From contig NZ_JAGCFH010000102.1 of the NCBI RefSeq assembly GCF_017650195.1, positions 40,845-104,844 on the forward strand: a stretch of DNA of 64,000 nucleotides, in the 5' to 3' direction. Source of the DNA: Ruminococcus sp. (GTDB lineage Bacteria; Bacillota; Clostridia; Oscillospirales; Ruminococcaceae). This document shows positions 30,954 to 43,268 of this stretch, piece by piece; position 1 is the stretch's first letter, and each line of letters starts with the position of its first letter. Position numbers and translations under genes: made by a program. The notes beneath the pieces are model-generated. The model saw nothing but the letters and a program-made list of their open reading frames with translations. It was not told where the DNA came from and did not search any database.

Positions 30954-32075
30954 CTATTTCAGGAGCTCATAGAGCCTGTTGAGTATGGTCTTTTCGTTGA
31001 ATTCGTTCTGTACTCTCTCAGCGGCTGCTTTACCGTACCTTTCCCGGAGATCCTTATCGGCTGCAAGGGTATTTATCGCCTCTGCAAGAGCCTTAGATGA
31101 GGATGGCGTCACTGTTATGCCCGTCACTCCATCGAGACTGACGTATGGAACGCCGGATCTCAGCGCTGTATTTATGACTGGTTTACCGTATATCATAGCT
31201 TCGAGTTGCACGATGCCAAAGGCTTCACTCGGCGCTACAGACGGCAGCACGAAGATATCACAGTCTGCGTAAGCCTGTTTAAGCTCCTCGTCGGGGAGAA
31301 AGCCGAGAAAGTGTACTCTGTCTTCCATGCTATGAGCGGAAACAAAGCTCCTGAGCTTGTCGCCTAGCTCTCCTGTGCCTGCGATGAAGAGCTCGCAGCC
31401 GAGTACCTTTTCAAAGGCTCGGAGAAGGACGTCCACGCCCTTGTAGTAGACGAGCCTTCCTGTGAAGAATACCTTCACGCAGCTTTTGTCGTTCGCTCTT
31501 TCGGTGAGAACAGGTCTTCGCGGTACGGAGATATAATTCCCGGGAGTTATCCCATATGGAAGTATCTTGCATTTCTCCTTGAATTCAGGGAGATAGAGGG
31601 AGTGCTTAACGTGGCCCTCCGTCGCGGCGAGTATGATATCAGCTCTTTTGAGCAGATAGCGCATGAATGGCTTATAAAAAAGCATGAGCTTTTTCTGCTT
31701 TACGATGTCGCTGTGCCATGATACCACGACTTTTCCCTTGTAACCAGACAGCAGTAGAGCAACGTCTGCAAGAGGAAAGGGTACGTGTATGTGTACCACG
31801 TCGGCTTTTTTTGCCATTCGTTTGAAATTGCGGATAAATGACAAGGATACAGGACATGAGAAATAGGTCCCGAAGCTTCCCGATCTTATAAGGTCTACTC
31901 CACACATTTTCTCATGGATAGTCTTTCCTCTTCCGTCGCGGCATACGAGAGCCTTTACTTTAACGCCCTCAAGCTTTCCGAGCTCCTCGGAATACTGGCG
32001 TATAAGGGTCTCTATACCGCCTATATGCGGAAAGTAGGCCTTGTTTACTTCAAGTATGTTAAGCTGTTTTTTCAT
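30954..32075 (-). CDS. GT4 glycosyltransferase
   Basis: GRLVYYKG, SEAFGIVQLEAM. Confidence 0.9.
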   Translation of the reverse strand: MKKQLNILEVNKAYFPHIGGIETLIRQYSEELGKLEGVKVKALVCRDGRGKTIHEKMCGVDLIRSGSFGTYFSCPVSLSFIRNFKRMAKKADVVHIHVPFPLADVALLLSGYKGKVVVSWHSDIVKQKKLMLFYKPFMRYLLKRADIILAATEGHVKHSLYLPEFKEKCKILPYGITPGNYISVPRRPVLTERANDKSCVKVFFTGRLVYYKGVDVLLRAFEKVLGCELFIAGTGELGDKLRSFVSAHSMEDRVHFLGFLPDEELKQAYADCDIFVLPSVAPSEAFGIVQLEAMIYGKPVINTALRSGVPYVSLDGVTGITVTPSSSKALAEAINTLAADKDLRERYGKAAAERVQNEFNEKTILNRLYELLK

Positions 32076-33220
32076 TTTGCAAGCTCCCTGTATACTTCCA
32101 TGAGTATTTCAGCGGAGCGCTTCCATGTGAAGCCCTGAGCGCGCTGAAGTCCCTTTCTGCCAAGCTCTTGGCGCAGCTCTTCGTCGCGGTATAGTCTGTA
32201 CATACCGTCGGCAATGCTTTTGGGGGCGTATGCATCGCATATCACCGCGCAGTCACCTGTGACTTCAGGGAGAGAAGCTTCTCCGGAAGCGAGCACCGGT
32301 ACTCCGCAAGCCATAGCCTCAAGGGGAGGCATACCGAAGCCCTCGTAAAGTGAGGGAAAGACAAATGCCAACGCACCGCACATAAGTGGGTTCATGTCCT
32401 CTGAGGGGACGTATTTCGTGAATATTACTCTGTCCGTTAGACCGAGCTTTTCGACCCTGCCATATATGCCCTGATCCAGCCAGCCCTTGCCGCCTGCAAG
32501 AACGAGCTTGGGAGCGTTGATTCCTGCCTTTTTCACAAAGGCTGAGTATGCGGTTATAAGGCGTTCAAGATTTTTTCGTGGCTCAATAGTGCCAACATAT
32601 AGGAAGTAATCACCCTCGATTCCCAGCGACTTCTTTACCGCAGGTATGCGTTCCGGAGCCTCACAGGGATGAAAGCGCTCAAGGTCAACTCCGCATGGAA
32701 CGACCCTTATCTTATTTTCGTAACGGGGGAAGTACTTTATTATCTCCGATTTTGAGAATTCTGAGTCAGTAACTATAAGGTCGGCACGCTTCATGGAGCG
32801 TTTCAAACCTATATCCAGCATATATTTTGTTCTGCCGCGGACGGTTCCCGGAAAGGACTTGTATACCATATCGTGAACGGTCACGACCTTTTTTCCGTGT
32901 ACGAATGGCGGAATAATGTAGTTGAAAAAGTGGGTGATATCAGACTTCCTGCCAAAAAAGAATGAATACGGCACAGGAAGGAAGGTACTGACGGCGCGGT
33001 AAGCAAAACCTGAGAACTTTGAGGTGTTAAGCTTTATGCCCTTCCCTGCAAACTTTTTTACGCGCTTTACACGCTCCTCATCACCGCTTGTGAAGAAGCT
33101 GTATTCGTATTTGTTTGTGGGATAGAGCTCTGCGAGAGCCTGAGTCTGCCCGAGCTCACACCAGCCTATTCCCGTCATTTTATCGCTGCATATAGGTACA
33201 GCGTCGAAAGTTATCCTCAA
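32072..33220 (-). CDS. GT4 glycosyltransferase (mannosyl/rhamnosyl-transferase-like)
   Basis: TVHD, VGTIEPRKN, PSLYEGFGMPPLEAM. Confidence 0.9.
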   Translation of the reverse strand: MRITFDAVPICSDKMTGIGWCELGQTQALAELYPTNKYEYSFFTSGDEERVKRVKKFAGKGIKLNTSKFSGFAYRAVSTFLPVPYSFFFGRKSDITHFFNYIIPPFVHGKKVVTVHDMVYKSFPGTVRGRTKYMLDIGLKRSMKRADLIVTDSEFSKSEIIKYFPRYENKIRVVPCGVDLERFHPCEAPERIPAVKKSLGIEGDYFLYVGTIEPRKNLERLITAYSAFVKKAGINAPKLVLAGGKGWLDQGIYGRVEKLGLTDRVIFTKYVPSEDMNPLMCGALAFVFPSLYEGFGMPPLEAMACGVPVLASGEASLPEVTGDCAVICDAYAPKSIADGMYRLYRDEELRQELGRKGLQRAQGFTWKRSAEILMEVYRELAK

Positions 33221-33247
33221 ATCAACTTCTCCACCTTTGATGTGTTT

Positions 33248-33511
33248 TTATTGTATTTTTTTCTCGATCATATTAACAAGATCGGAGATATAAGTATCGG
33301 TGTCCTCGACCGAAAAGCCGAAAGTACCAAAAAAGCCTCCCTTTTCGGTGTGGAGTGTAGTCTGTTTTATCCTATCAAGCTCTGAGAGCGCCTTTTCACG
33401 CGGCATACCCTCTGTAACAGCAAGCAAGAGCCCGTTCAGCGCGTCTAATTTAGCGATGACGCTGGCCTTGGAATAGCCGCCCTTTACAGTCCTGAGTACC
33501 TCGAATCCCAT
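33248..33511 (-). CDS. Small hypothetical protein with two DivIVA-like motifs
   Basis: RTVKGGYSKASVIAKLD and GFSVEDTDTYI; AAGGAGG RBS. Confidence 0.65.
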   Translation of the reverse strand: MGFEVLRTVKGGYSKASVIAKLDALNGLLLAVTEGMPREKALSELDRIKQTTLHTEKGGFFGTFGFSVEDTDTYISDLVNMIEKKIQ

Positions 33512-33540
33512 GATGAGCCCTCCTTAAAAAAGCTTTTATA

Positions 33541-35673
<2,133 letters not shown>

Positions 35674-35677
<4 letters not shown>

Positions 35678-37059
35678 TTGGTATTTTCCTTTCTTTCGCT
35701 TCTCTTCGGCATTAGGAGAGCTTCTGTGGTTTCCGCGTTGTTTTTTGGCGGGAAGAACATTGTCTTTAATGTCATGAGTATTATCTGAAGATCAAGACGT
35801 ATAGAGTAATTCTCAATGTACATCAGATCCATTTTCAGCTTATCGTAGGGTGTGGTATCGTAAGCGCCTGTCACCTGAGCATAGCCGGTGAGGCCAGCCT
35901 TTACTTTTAGCCGGAAGCTGAATTCCGGCATTTCTTCCTCGTATTCCTGCGTGAGCTCTGGTCTCTCCGGACGTGGACCCACTACTGACATATCGCCCTT
36001 AAGGATATTGAAGAGCTGAGGGAACTCATCAACACGGAATTTTCTGAGTATTTTTCCTACAGGAGTTATGCGGTCGTCCTCCTCTGTAGCGAGCTGTGGC
36101 TTGCCGTCCTTTTCCGCGTCTACTATCATGCTGCGGAACTTGTATACGTAGAACTCCCTGCCGTTGAGGGTAAGTCTTTTCTGCTTGTACAGTATTGGTC
36201 CGCGGTCGTAGAGCTTGACTGCAAGAGCTGAAATGAGCATAAATGGAGCAGCCGGTATCAAAGCGATGATTGAGAATATTATATCGAAGGTGCGCTTTAC
36301 AAGCTGTTGCTCAAAGTCAAGACCGTAGTTGCGGCAGAGCATAAGGGGAGTATCGAAGAGGCGTATGTCGTCGGCGCCTCTTATTATAATATCCGATATT
36401 TTCGGGGCTAAATACGCACGCTTGGAGTGGGCGAAGCAGAATTTGAGGTAGTCATTGCGCTGCTCATCAGGGATATCACAGACGATAGCGCCCTCGTATT
36501 TCATTATTAGTTCCTTGACCTTTTCCTCAGGCTCGTTGGTACTGATAGATTCGCATATCATGTACTTGTCCACGCGCTGACTCATTTTCAAAACCAGTGA
36601 AGCTGCACGGTGGCTGCCATAGATTATCACCAACTTTCTCGGTGGATATATCATAAAATAGAGCTTCCCTGCGAGTAGTGTCCATAGCGCTATGATTCCC
36701 ATATCCACGCAGGACATATAGACTATTGGCATGACCTCCATGAAATGACGGCCGATAAGGCTTATCAGAAAGTAGCTGACAATATTCACGCATAGCATTG
36801 ATATCATCTGTGCATAGAACATATCCGTTTTTTTCAGATAGCCCAGCTTGAAGCCTCCATAGGCTCTGAAGAAGAGCCATACTATCAGGCAGTATATTGC
36901 GATGAGCACCCAGTTGCCTCGTCTGTAGTAGGGGAGCACGATCACCGCGCTGTATTTCCTATACCAAACGAAGGCAAAAAGTCCCGTTATCATAGCGAGA
37001 AGAAGTATTCCCGAGATAAAGGTGACAAATCTTTTGTACAAATCTTTATTTTTATTCAT
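35674..37059 (-). CDS. Polyprenyl-phosphate glycosylphosphotransferase (priming sugar transferase)
   Basis: KRTFD, KFRSM, DDRITPVG, DEFPQL, MSVVGPRPERP, GLTGYAQV; promoter TTGACA-17-TATAAT at 37172-37144. Confidence 0.92.
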
Positions 37060-37261
37060 AATCCTTATCCGCTCCTGCGCGGATCCAGTCTCCTTCTGAT
37101 TCGTATATGTTTTTTGATCAGCCGCATCAAGCGGCACAAAGTAATTATAACAAATCGTCAGAGCTATGTCAATATTAGTTGCCATATTCGGCAAAAAATG
37201 AAAACCAAAAATTGCGGCGTCAGTTTGTACACTGGAGCCGGAAGTCCCGTTTTCTCCTCTC

Positions 37262-38293
37262 TTATTTTGTCACTGTTATCTTCGAAATTGTGCAGCCGGG
37301 ATAGTAATGCTCCAGTATCTCGCGCCAGTTTTTTCCCTCGGAAGCCATTGCGTTTGCGCCGTACTGGCTCATGCCGACACCATGACCGAAGCCTTTTGTG
37401 GTAAGAGCTGCTCCGCTGCTGTCTGCGGAGTATTCAAAGCTTGCTGACCGGAGCCCGAGAGCGTCCCTAAGCTCTCCGCCGGTTACTGTCATATCACCAA
37501 CAGAAGCTGTCAGCACTGTTCCGGAATCCGATACGTTCAGCACCTCTATCCACTTCTTTATGTTGTCGCTTAGGATTATGCCGGGAAAGGCTGATTCAAG
37601 GGCTGTTCTCAGCTCCTCGACACTGTATTCTTTCTTTTCACGGAAGTGGGGAGCCGTCAGGTCGTACCGGCTGTCCACCTCCACGAGATAGTTAACGGGA
37701 GCTCCCCATACGTTTTCTGCGCTTTCTGTAAAGCCTGGGGACATGGAGTGAAAGGCAGCTATGATAGGCGCTTCATCATAGGTAATTATGTAAGGGAGAA
37801 CCTCGTCCACTGCGGCCGATATCTTTTCATAGTTTTCTCCGAATTTCTCTCCAAAGCACTCCTGAGCTCGTTCCTTGGTGAAGTAGCCCTGATAGATGGA
37901 GGTATCATTTGAGAAGTCTGCGCCCCTGAGCTCTGCTGTGGGGGAGCACCTCTCACTGAGGCGGCGACGCTCTGCATAGGTATGGGCTGCTACTGCCTGT
38001 GCTTTGAGAGCTTCCTCGCCGAAGTTTGCGGGCATTTCAGCGCATACAGCCCCTATGACATAGTCGCGAATGGGCACCTCTATGACCTCTCCGCTGACGG
38101 TGTCCAACACCATGTATGGCTCGCTGGAAAAAGCAGGCTCTCTGTTGCCAGCATCGCCGCTGAATATGTACTCCTTGAGTTGCACCATGTCTCTAGGAGC
38201 TGCCTCCGGTCTTCCCGATATACAGGCGGGAACTGCCGGTATCGTCACAATTGAAACAATGAGCAGCAAAGCTGCTGTGGCGTATTTTTTCAT
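37262..38293 (-). CDS. spoIID: Stage II sporulation protein D (lytic transglycosylase)
   Basis: AEMPANF..EALKAQAVAAHTY, GFGHGVGMSQYGA, ILEHYYPG. Confidence 0.9.
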   Translation of the reverse strand: MKKYATAALLLIVSIVTIPAVPACISGRPEAAPRDMVQLKEYIFSGDAGNREPAFSSEPYMVLDTVSGEVIEVPIRDYVIGAVCAEMPANFGEEALKAQAVAAHTYAERRRLSERCSPTAELRGADFSNDTSIYQGYFTKERAQECFGEKFGENYEKISAAVDEVLPYIITYDEAPIIAAFHSMSPGFTESAENVWGAPVNYLVEVDSRYDLTAPHFREKKEYSVEELRTALESAFPGIILSDNIKKWIEVLNVSDSGTVLTASVGDMTVTGGELRDALGLRSASFEYSADSSGAALTTKGFGHGVGMSQYGANAMASEGKNWREILEHYYPGCTISKITVTK

Positions 38294-38342
38294 ACTAGAC
38301 CTCCTTGTCTGTCCACTTTCTTATTAGTATAAGAAATAATGT

Positions 38343-38371
38343 TTGACATTAAACGATAAATGGTGTATAAT
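38343..38371 (+). promoter_or_regulatory. Sigma-A promoter of the citrate synthase operon
   Basis: TTGACA-17 nt-TATAAT. Confidence 0.85.
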
Positions 38372-38395
38372 TGATAGTGAATATGTTTTAGGAGA

Positions 38396-39763
38396 GTGAT
38401 TAGGATGCCGTCATTCATTTCGGGCGCCAATATTACAGATTTATGCAGCAGACTTGCTGAAAATACCGTCATAGATCAGAACCTTTATGAAAAATATCAT
38501 ATCAAGAGAGGTCTCCGCAACAGTGACGGTACCGGCGTAATGGCGGGTATTACCAATATATGTAATGTTCATGGCTATGTCATAAACGAGGGTGAAAGGG
38601 AACCTATTCCTGGCGAGCTCATATATAGAGGCTATAATGTGAACGATCTTGTTGAGAACGTTGAAAAGGACGACCGCTTCGGCTATGAGGAAACAGCCTT
38701 CCTCCTCCTCTTCGGTCATCTTCCAAATGAGAAGGAGCTCAAGACTTTCAGCTCATATATCTCCGTAAAGAGAGATCTCCCAAATGGCTTCGTGGAGGAT
38801 ATGATACTAAAGGCTCCGTCCAAGAATATCATGAACAAGCTAGCGCGTTCGGTGCTGGCGCTTTATTCCTACGATGACGAGTGCGAGAACAAAGGACTTG
38901 AAAACGAAATGCGTACGGCGGTGAGCCTTATCGCCAAAATGCCTGTTATCATGGCTAATGCCTATCAGGTAAAGCGCAGGGTATTCGACAACCAGAGCAT
39001 GATAATGCATCCCATAAATTACGAAGAAAATACGGCGCAGTGCATACTTTCGCTGCTCCGTCCCGACAGGAAGTACACCAAGGACGAGGCTCAGATGCTT
39101 GATCGTCTGCTTATGTTGCAGGCAGAGCACGGCGGCGGAAACAACTCTACCTTCACCTGCCGGGTGCTCACCTCTTCTGGCACAGACCCCTACTCCGCCT
39201 ATTCTTCGGCTATTTGCTCACTTAAGGGACCCCGTCACGGTGGTGCGAACCTACAGGTGATAAATATGCTCGACAACTTTAAGGCAAACATAAAGAACTG
39301 GGAGGACGAAGGTGAGGTCGCTGACTATATGCGCAGGACTATACTTAAAGAGACCAACGACCATTCGGGGCTTATCTATGGTATGGGACATGCGGTATAT
39401 ACTATCTCCGATCCTCGTGCCGTTATCCTGAAGAAAAAGGCTTTCGAGCTCGCTAAGGGCAAGGACATAGAAGCAGAATTCCGACTTCTCGAAACTATCG
39501 AGAGACTTACTCCTGAAGTGTTTAAGGAGATGAAGGGTAGCTGTAAGGTAATGTGTGCGAACGTGGATATGTATTCCGGCCTTGTTTATCGTATGTTAGG
39601 TATCCCCGATGAGCTGTTTACTCCGCTATTTGCTATCGCACGTATGGCAGGCTGGGCTGCACACCGCATGGAGGAGATACTCACGGGAGGAAGGATAATC
39701 CGTCCTGCATATAAGGCTATCGCAAAGGAAAAGGAATACATAAAGCTTTCAGAGCGCGAATGA
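38396..39763 (+). CDS. gltA: Citrate synthase
   Basis: LIYRGY, AEHGGGNNSTF, GPRHGGAN, GMGHAVY..DPR, NVDMYSG. Confidence 0.93.
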   Translation: MIRMPSFISGANITDLCSRLAENTVIDQNLYEKYHIKRGLRNSDGTGVMAGITNICNVHGYVINEGEREPIPGELIYRGYNVNDLVENVEKDDRFGYEETAFLLLFGHLPNEKELKTFSSYISVKRDLPNGFVEDMILKAPSKNIMNKLARSVLALYSYDDECENKGLENEMRTAVSLIAKMPVIMANAYQVKRRVFDNQSMIMHPINYEENTAQCILSLLRPDRKYTKDEAQMLDRLLMLQAEHGGGNNSTFTCRVLTSSGTDPYSAYSSAICSLKGPRHGGANLQVINMLDNFKANIKNWEDEGEVADYMRRTILKETNDHSGLIYGMGHAVYTISDPRAVILKKKAFELAKGKDIEAEFRLLETIERLTPEVFKEMKGSCKVMCANVDMYSGLVYRMLGIPDELFTPLFAIARMAGWAAHRMEEILTGGRIIRPAYKAIAKEKEYIKLSERE

Positions 39764-39764
39764 T

Positions 39765-41084
39765 ATGAAGAAGATCTCAGCGGTTATAACTGCCCTTGTC
39801 ACTGGGGCTTCCCTTACGGGCTGCACCTTTGGGGCGAGTATAGATACCCTTATGGCTCCGCCAAAACTCAGTTTGGATCAGGAACAGATATACAACGAGC
39901 TGGGCTCTCCCGAGACCTCTATAAGGCTTAAATATCCTAAATCAGGCAAGTACCTTTCGGCCTTCATAATTGAGGATATCGACGGTGACGGCGGCGATGA
40001 GGCAATAGTTTTCTACGAGCGCCTGAACCATGCTGCGGACGAGAATTCCCTACGTATAAGCGTCCTCGACAAAAGAGAGGACGGCTGGCACTCGGGAAGC
40101 GATATACCGGCTGAGGGCAGCGAGGTCGAGGAGGTAATGATCTCAAAGCTTGGCGCTAACAGCCGCATAAATATAATCATCGGCACGAGCACTCTCAACC
40201 GTTCAGAAAAGAACGTGGCCATATATAACTACTTCAATGATACTCTCATAAGGGAGCCTACACTTACTCTCCCTTATTCTTACATAGGAGTCAACGACCT
40301 CGATATGGACGGTCAGAATGAGTTTTTGAGGCTTGCGAGCTCCTCAAACGGAGAGCCTGCCTTAGCTGAGGCGTATAACCTCGACAAAAACGGCAAGTAC
40401 CACAAGATGTCCCTCCAGCTCAGCGAGAGCTACAGCGATTTCGATATAAGCTATGGCAAGCTCCCAAATGGGAAGCTGGGTATGTACATTGACGCTGCGG
40501 CGGGCAACGGTATGATACAGTCTGAGGTGGTATATATGCAGGATAGGACGCTGCAAAAGGTGTCCGGCACTCCTGAGGAGAGCACTGCAAGCGAAAGATC
40601 AGCGGGCTGTCGGTGTTTTGACGTCGACGGAGACGGTAGAATAGAGATACCATTTCAGGAGACAGCTCCGGGCAACGAAAGGGTTGCCGAGGGCGAACAG
40701 CTCAAGCTGACCGAGTGGATGAGGCTCGATAGCGATATGAAGCTCAGAAAGTGTTATACCTCCTACTACAGCCTCAATGACGGATATATATTCATATTCC
40801 CAGAGAAATGGCTGGGAAGAGTCACGCTAATGCGCGATATCGTCAATGATGAGATAGCTTTCTGCACCTACAGTAATGGAAGCGTCGGAAGAGAGCTGCT
40901 GAAAATATACTGTGCAGATGATGCTCCCTCACGGGACGACAGGATATCCAGCGGATATATGCTCATGCACACAAAGGGCGAATCGGCCTATCTTGCTTAT
41001 ATACCTTCGGGCAGCCACGCGGATGGCGACGGTCTGTCGCTGACTGCCGGTGAGCTTGCACTGGGATTCAGATACAGAGACTGA
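39765..41084 (+). CDS. Lipoprotein with FG-GAP/EF-hand-like DxDxDG repeats
   Basis: Lipobox SLTGC; DIDGDGGDE, DLDMDGQNE, DVDGDGRIE. Confidence 0.75.
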   Translation: MKKISAVITALVTGASLTGCTFGASIDTLMAPPKLSLDQEQIYNELGSPETSIRLKYPKSGKYLSAFIIEDIDGDGGDEAIVFYERLNHAADENSLRISVLDKREDGWHSGSDIPAEGSEVEEVMISKLGANSRINIIIGTSTLNRSEKNVAIYNYFNDTLIREPTLTLPYSYIGVNDLDMDGQNEFLRLASSSNGEPALAEAYNLDKNGKYHKMSLQLSESYSDFDISYGKLPNGKLGMYIDAAAGNGMIQSEVVYMQDRTLQKVSGTPEESTASERSAGCRCFDVDGDGRIEIPFQETAPGNERVAEGEQLKLTEWMRLDSDMKLRKCYTSYYSLNDGYIFIFPEKWLGRVTLMRDIVNDEIAFCTYSNGSVGRELLKIYCADDAPSRDDRISSGYMLMHTKGESAYLAYIPSGSHADGDGLSLTAGELALGFRYRD

Positions 41085-41128
41085 TGCTGCGGCATAAGCA
41101 GCGATCTTACATAAAGGAGTGAAACCTT

Positions 41129-41830
41129 ATGAAACGTATACTTATCTGCGAGGATGAGGACACTATTCGCGAATTCGTGGTCATAAACCTCAAACGCGCC
41201 GGCTACGAGGTAGTCGATGTAAACTGCGGCGAGGACGCTTTAAAGACCTTTGAAAATGAGCACGGAAACTTCGATATCGTCTTGCTTGATATAATGATGC
41301 CTGGTATAGACGGCTTCACGGTCTGCAAGAAGATACGTGAGAAGAGCTCTACTATTGGCATAATCATGCTGACTGCAAGAACGCAGGAAATGGACAAGGT
41401 GAGCGGTCTTATGATAGGCGCTGACGATTATATCACTAAGCCTTTTTCTCCCTCTGAGCTAACAGCCCGCGTAGATGCTATCTACAGGCGTGTCTGCATG
41501 AGCTTTATCAAGAACGAAAAGCAGTCTGTGATAGAGAGCGGTCCTTTCGTGCTGAATCTCAAAAGCCGCACGGTCACAAAGGACGGCAACCCTATCGAGC
41601 TAACGCAGGTGGAGTATCAAATACTCGAGTTCTTCATGAACAACAAAAACACCGCTCTTGACCGCGCCAGCATACTCAATCATATATGGGGTGAGAGCTA
41701 CTATGGTGACGACAAGATAGTAGACGTTAACATAAGGCGTATCCGTATGAAAATAGAGGAGGAGCCCTCCAACCCAAAGTATATCATAACTATATGGGGC
41801 TACGGATACAAGTGGAATGACGGACAATAA
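41129..41830 (+). CDS. OmpR/PhoB-family response regulator
   Basis: CEDE, LLDIMMP, GADDYITKPF, winged-helix TIWGYGY. Confidence 0.93.
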   Translation: MKRILICEDEDTIREFVVINLKRAGYEVVDVNCGEDALKTFENEHGNFDIVLLDIMMPGIDGFTVCKKIREKSSTIGIIMLTARTQEMDKVSGLMIGADDYITKPFSPSELTARVDAIYRRVCMSFIKNEKQSVIESGPFVLNLKSRTVTKDGNPIELTQVEYQILEFFMNNKNTALDRASILNHIWGESYYGDDKIVDVNIRRIRMKIEEEPSNPKYIITIWGYGYKWNDGQ

Positions 41831-43233
41831 TGGCTAAGCACAGTATCACCAGACGCTGGATATTCAACAATCTTGGCGTTGTCGTGCTTGCGATACTCGT
41901 CATAGATATGGCGATAATCTATGCCGTGCAGAATTACTTCTACAGCTCAGCGAAGCAGTACCTTGTGTCGAAGCTAAACGCTGTCACCAGCGTACTGAGT
42001 ATACACTCGCAGGACAGCTCCGCAAATTTCTCGGCTGAGATGAGAAAGATGCTGGAGACTTTCAACGAGAAGGACAAGATAGAGCTTATGGCGATAAACT
42101 CAAAGGGAAGAGTGGTGCTGACCTCCTCTGGTTTCTCTCCGGAGGCTGACGACCCTATGCCTGATTATGGTGAGGCTCTCCAGAAAAGCGAGGGCGACCA
42201 TATATACCGCCTCAGTGGTGGAGAAAAGGTGCTTGCGGTATCCGTGCCCATAGACTCCATGAGCAGGGAGTACAACGCCGTGAGAATGGTGACCTCGCTG
42301 TCGAAAATAGACGATACCATAAAGAATTATGCGGCAGCGATAACCATAGTCTGCCTTGTTATTATCCTTATCATAGTGATAACCGGTCTGTACTTCGCAG
42401 GTTCGATAGTAAGACCTATCAGACAGATAAGCGGCATTGCACGTAAATTTGCAATGGGCGACTTCTCCACACGTATCGAGAACGACAGCGATGACGAGAT
42501 AGGCGATCTTTGTACAGCCATAAACAATATGGCTGACGAGCTCTCCGCAACTGAGGCTATGAAGAATGAGTTCATATCCTCAGTATCCCACGAGTTGAGA
42601 ACTCCCCTTACCGCCATAAAGGGATGGGCAGAGACACTCATGATAGACGGTGGTGGAAGTCCAGATACAATGAAGAAAGGCGTAAAAGTAATAGTTAACG
42701 AGACTGAGCGACTTTCGCAGATGGTAGAGGAGCTCCTTGACTTCTCACGTATGCAGAATGGTCATTTCACTCTCCAGAATGCGAATATGGATATACTCGC
42801 TGAGCTCGGTGACGCTGTGCTGATATACAGCGACAAGGCAAGGCGCGAGGAAAAAGAGATAATCTATAACGAACCCGAGATGCTACCTTTCGTGTATGGC
42901 GACAAGAACCGCATACGTCAGGTGTTCATAAATGTCATAGACAACGCGGTTAAGTATTCCTCTGCAGGGGATACCGTTACCATAATGGCTTACGAAAAGG
43001 GCGGCAGCGTGGTGGTAATGGTCACCGATACCGGCTGCGGCATAAAGAGCTCAGACCTTTCAAAGGTAAAGACTAAATTTTATAAGGCGAACCATACGCG
43101 TCGTGGCTCAGGAATAGGTCTTGCCGTTGCGGATGAGATAATCACCATGCATGGCGGAACTATGGATATAACCAGCGAAGGCGAGGGCAAGGGAACTACC
43201 GTTATAATAACCCTCCCTGCGGTAAAGCCGTAA
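41830..43233 (+). CDS. HAMP-domain sensor histidine kinase
   Basis: Two TMs, HAMP domain, SHELRTPL, NVIDNAVKY, GSGIGL. Confidence 0.93.
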   Translation: MAKHSITRRWIFNNLGVVVLAILVIDMAIIYAVQNYFYSSAKQYLVSKLNAVTSVLSIHSQDSSANFSAEMRKMLETFNEKDKIELMAINSKGRVVLTSSGFSPEADDPMPDYGEALQKSEGDHIYRLSGGEKVLAVSVPIDSMSREYNAVRMVTSLSKIDDTIKNYAAAITIVCLVIILIIVITGLYFAGSIVRPIRQISGIARKFAMGDFSTRIENDSDDEIGDLCTAINNMADELSATEAMKNEFISSVSHELRTPLTAIKGWAETLMIDGGGSPDTMKKGVKVIVNETERLSQMVEELLDFSRMQNGHFTLQNANMDILAELGDAVLIYSDKARREEKEIIYNEPEMLPFVYGDKNRIRQVFINVIDNAVKYSSAGDTVTIMAYEKGGSVVVMVTDTGCGIKSSDLSKVKTKFYKANHTRRGSGIGLAVADEIITMHGGTMDITSEGEGKGTTVIITLPAVKP

Positions 43234-43268
43234 GGCGTATACGATATTTGATTCAATAAGGTGAAAAC

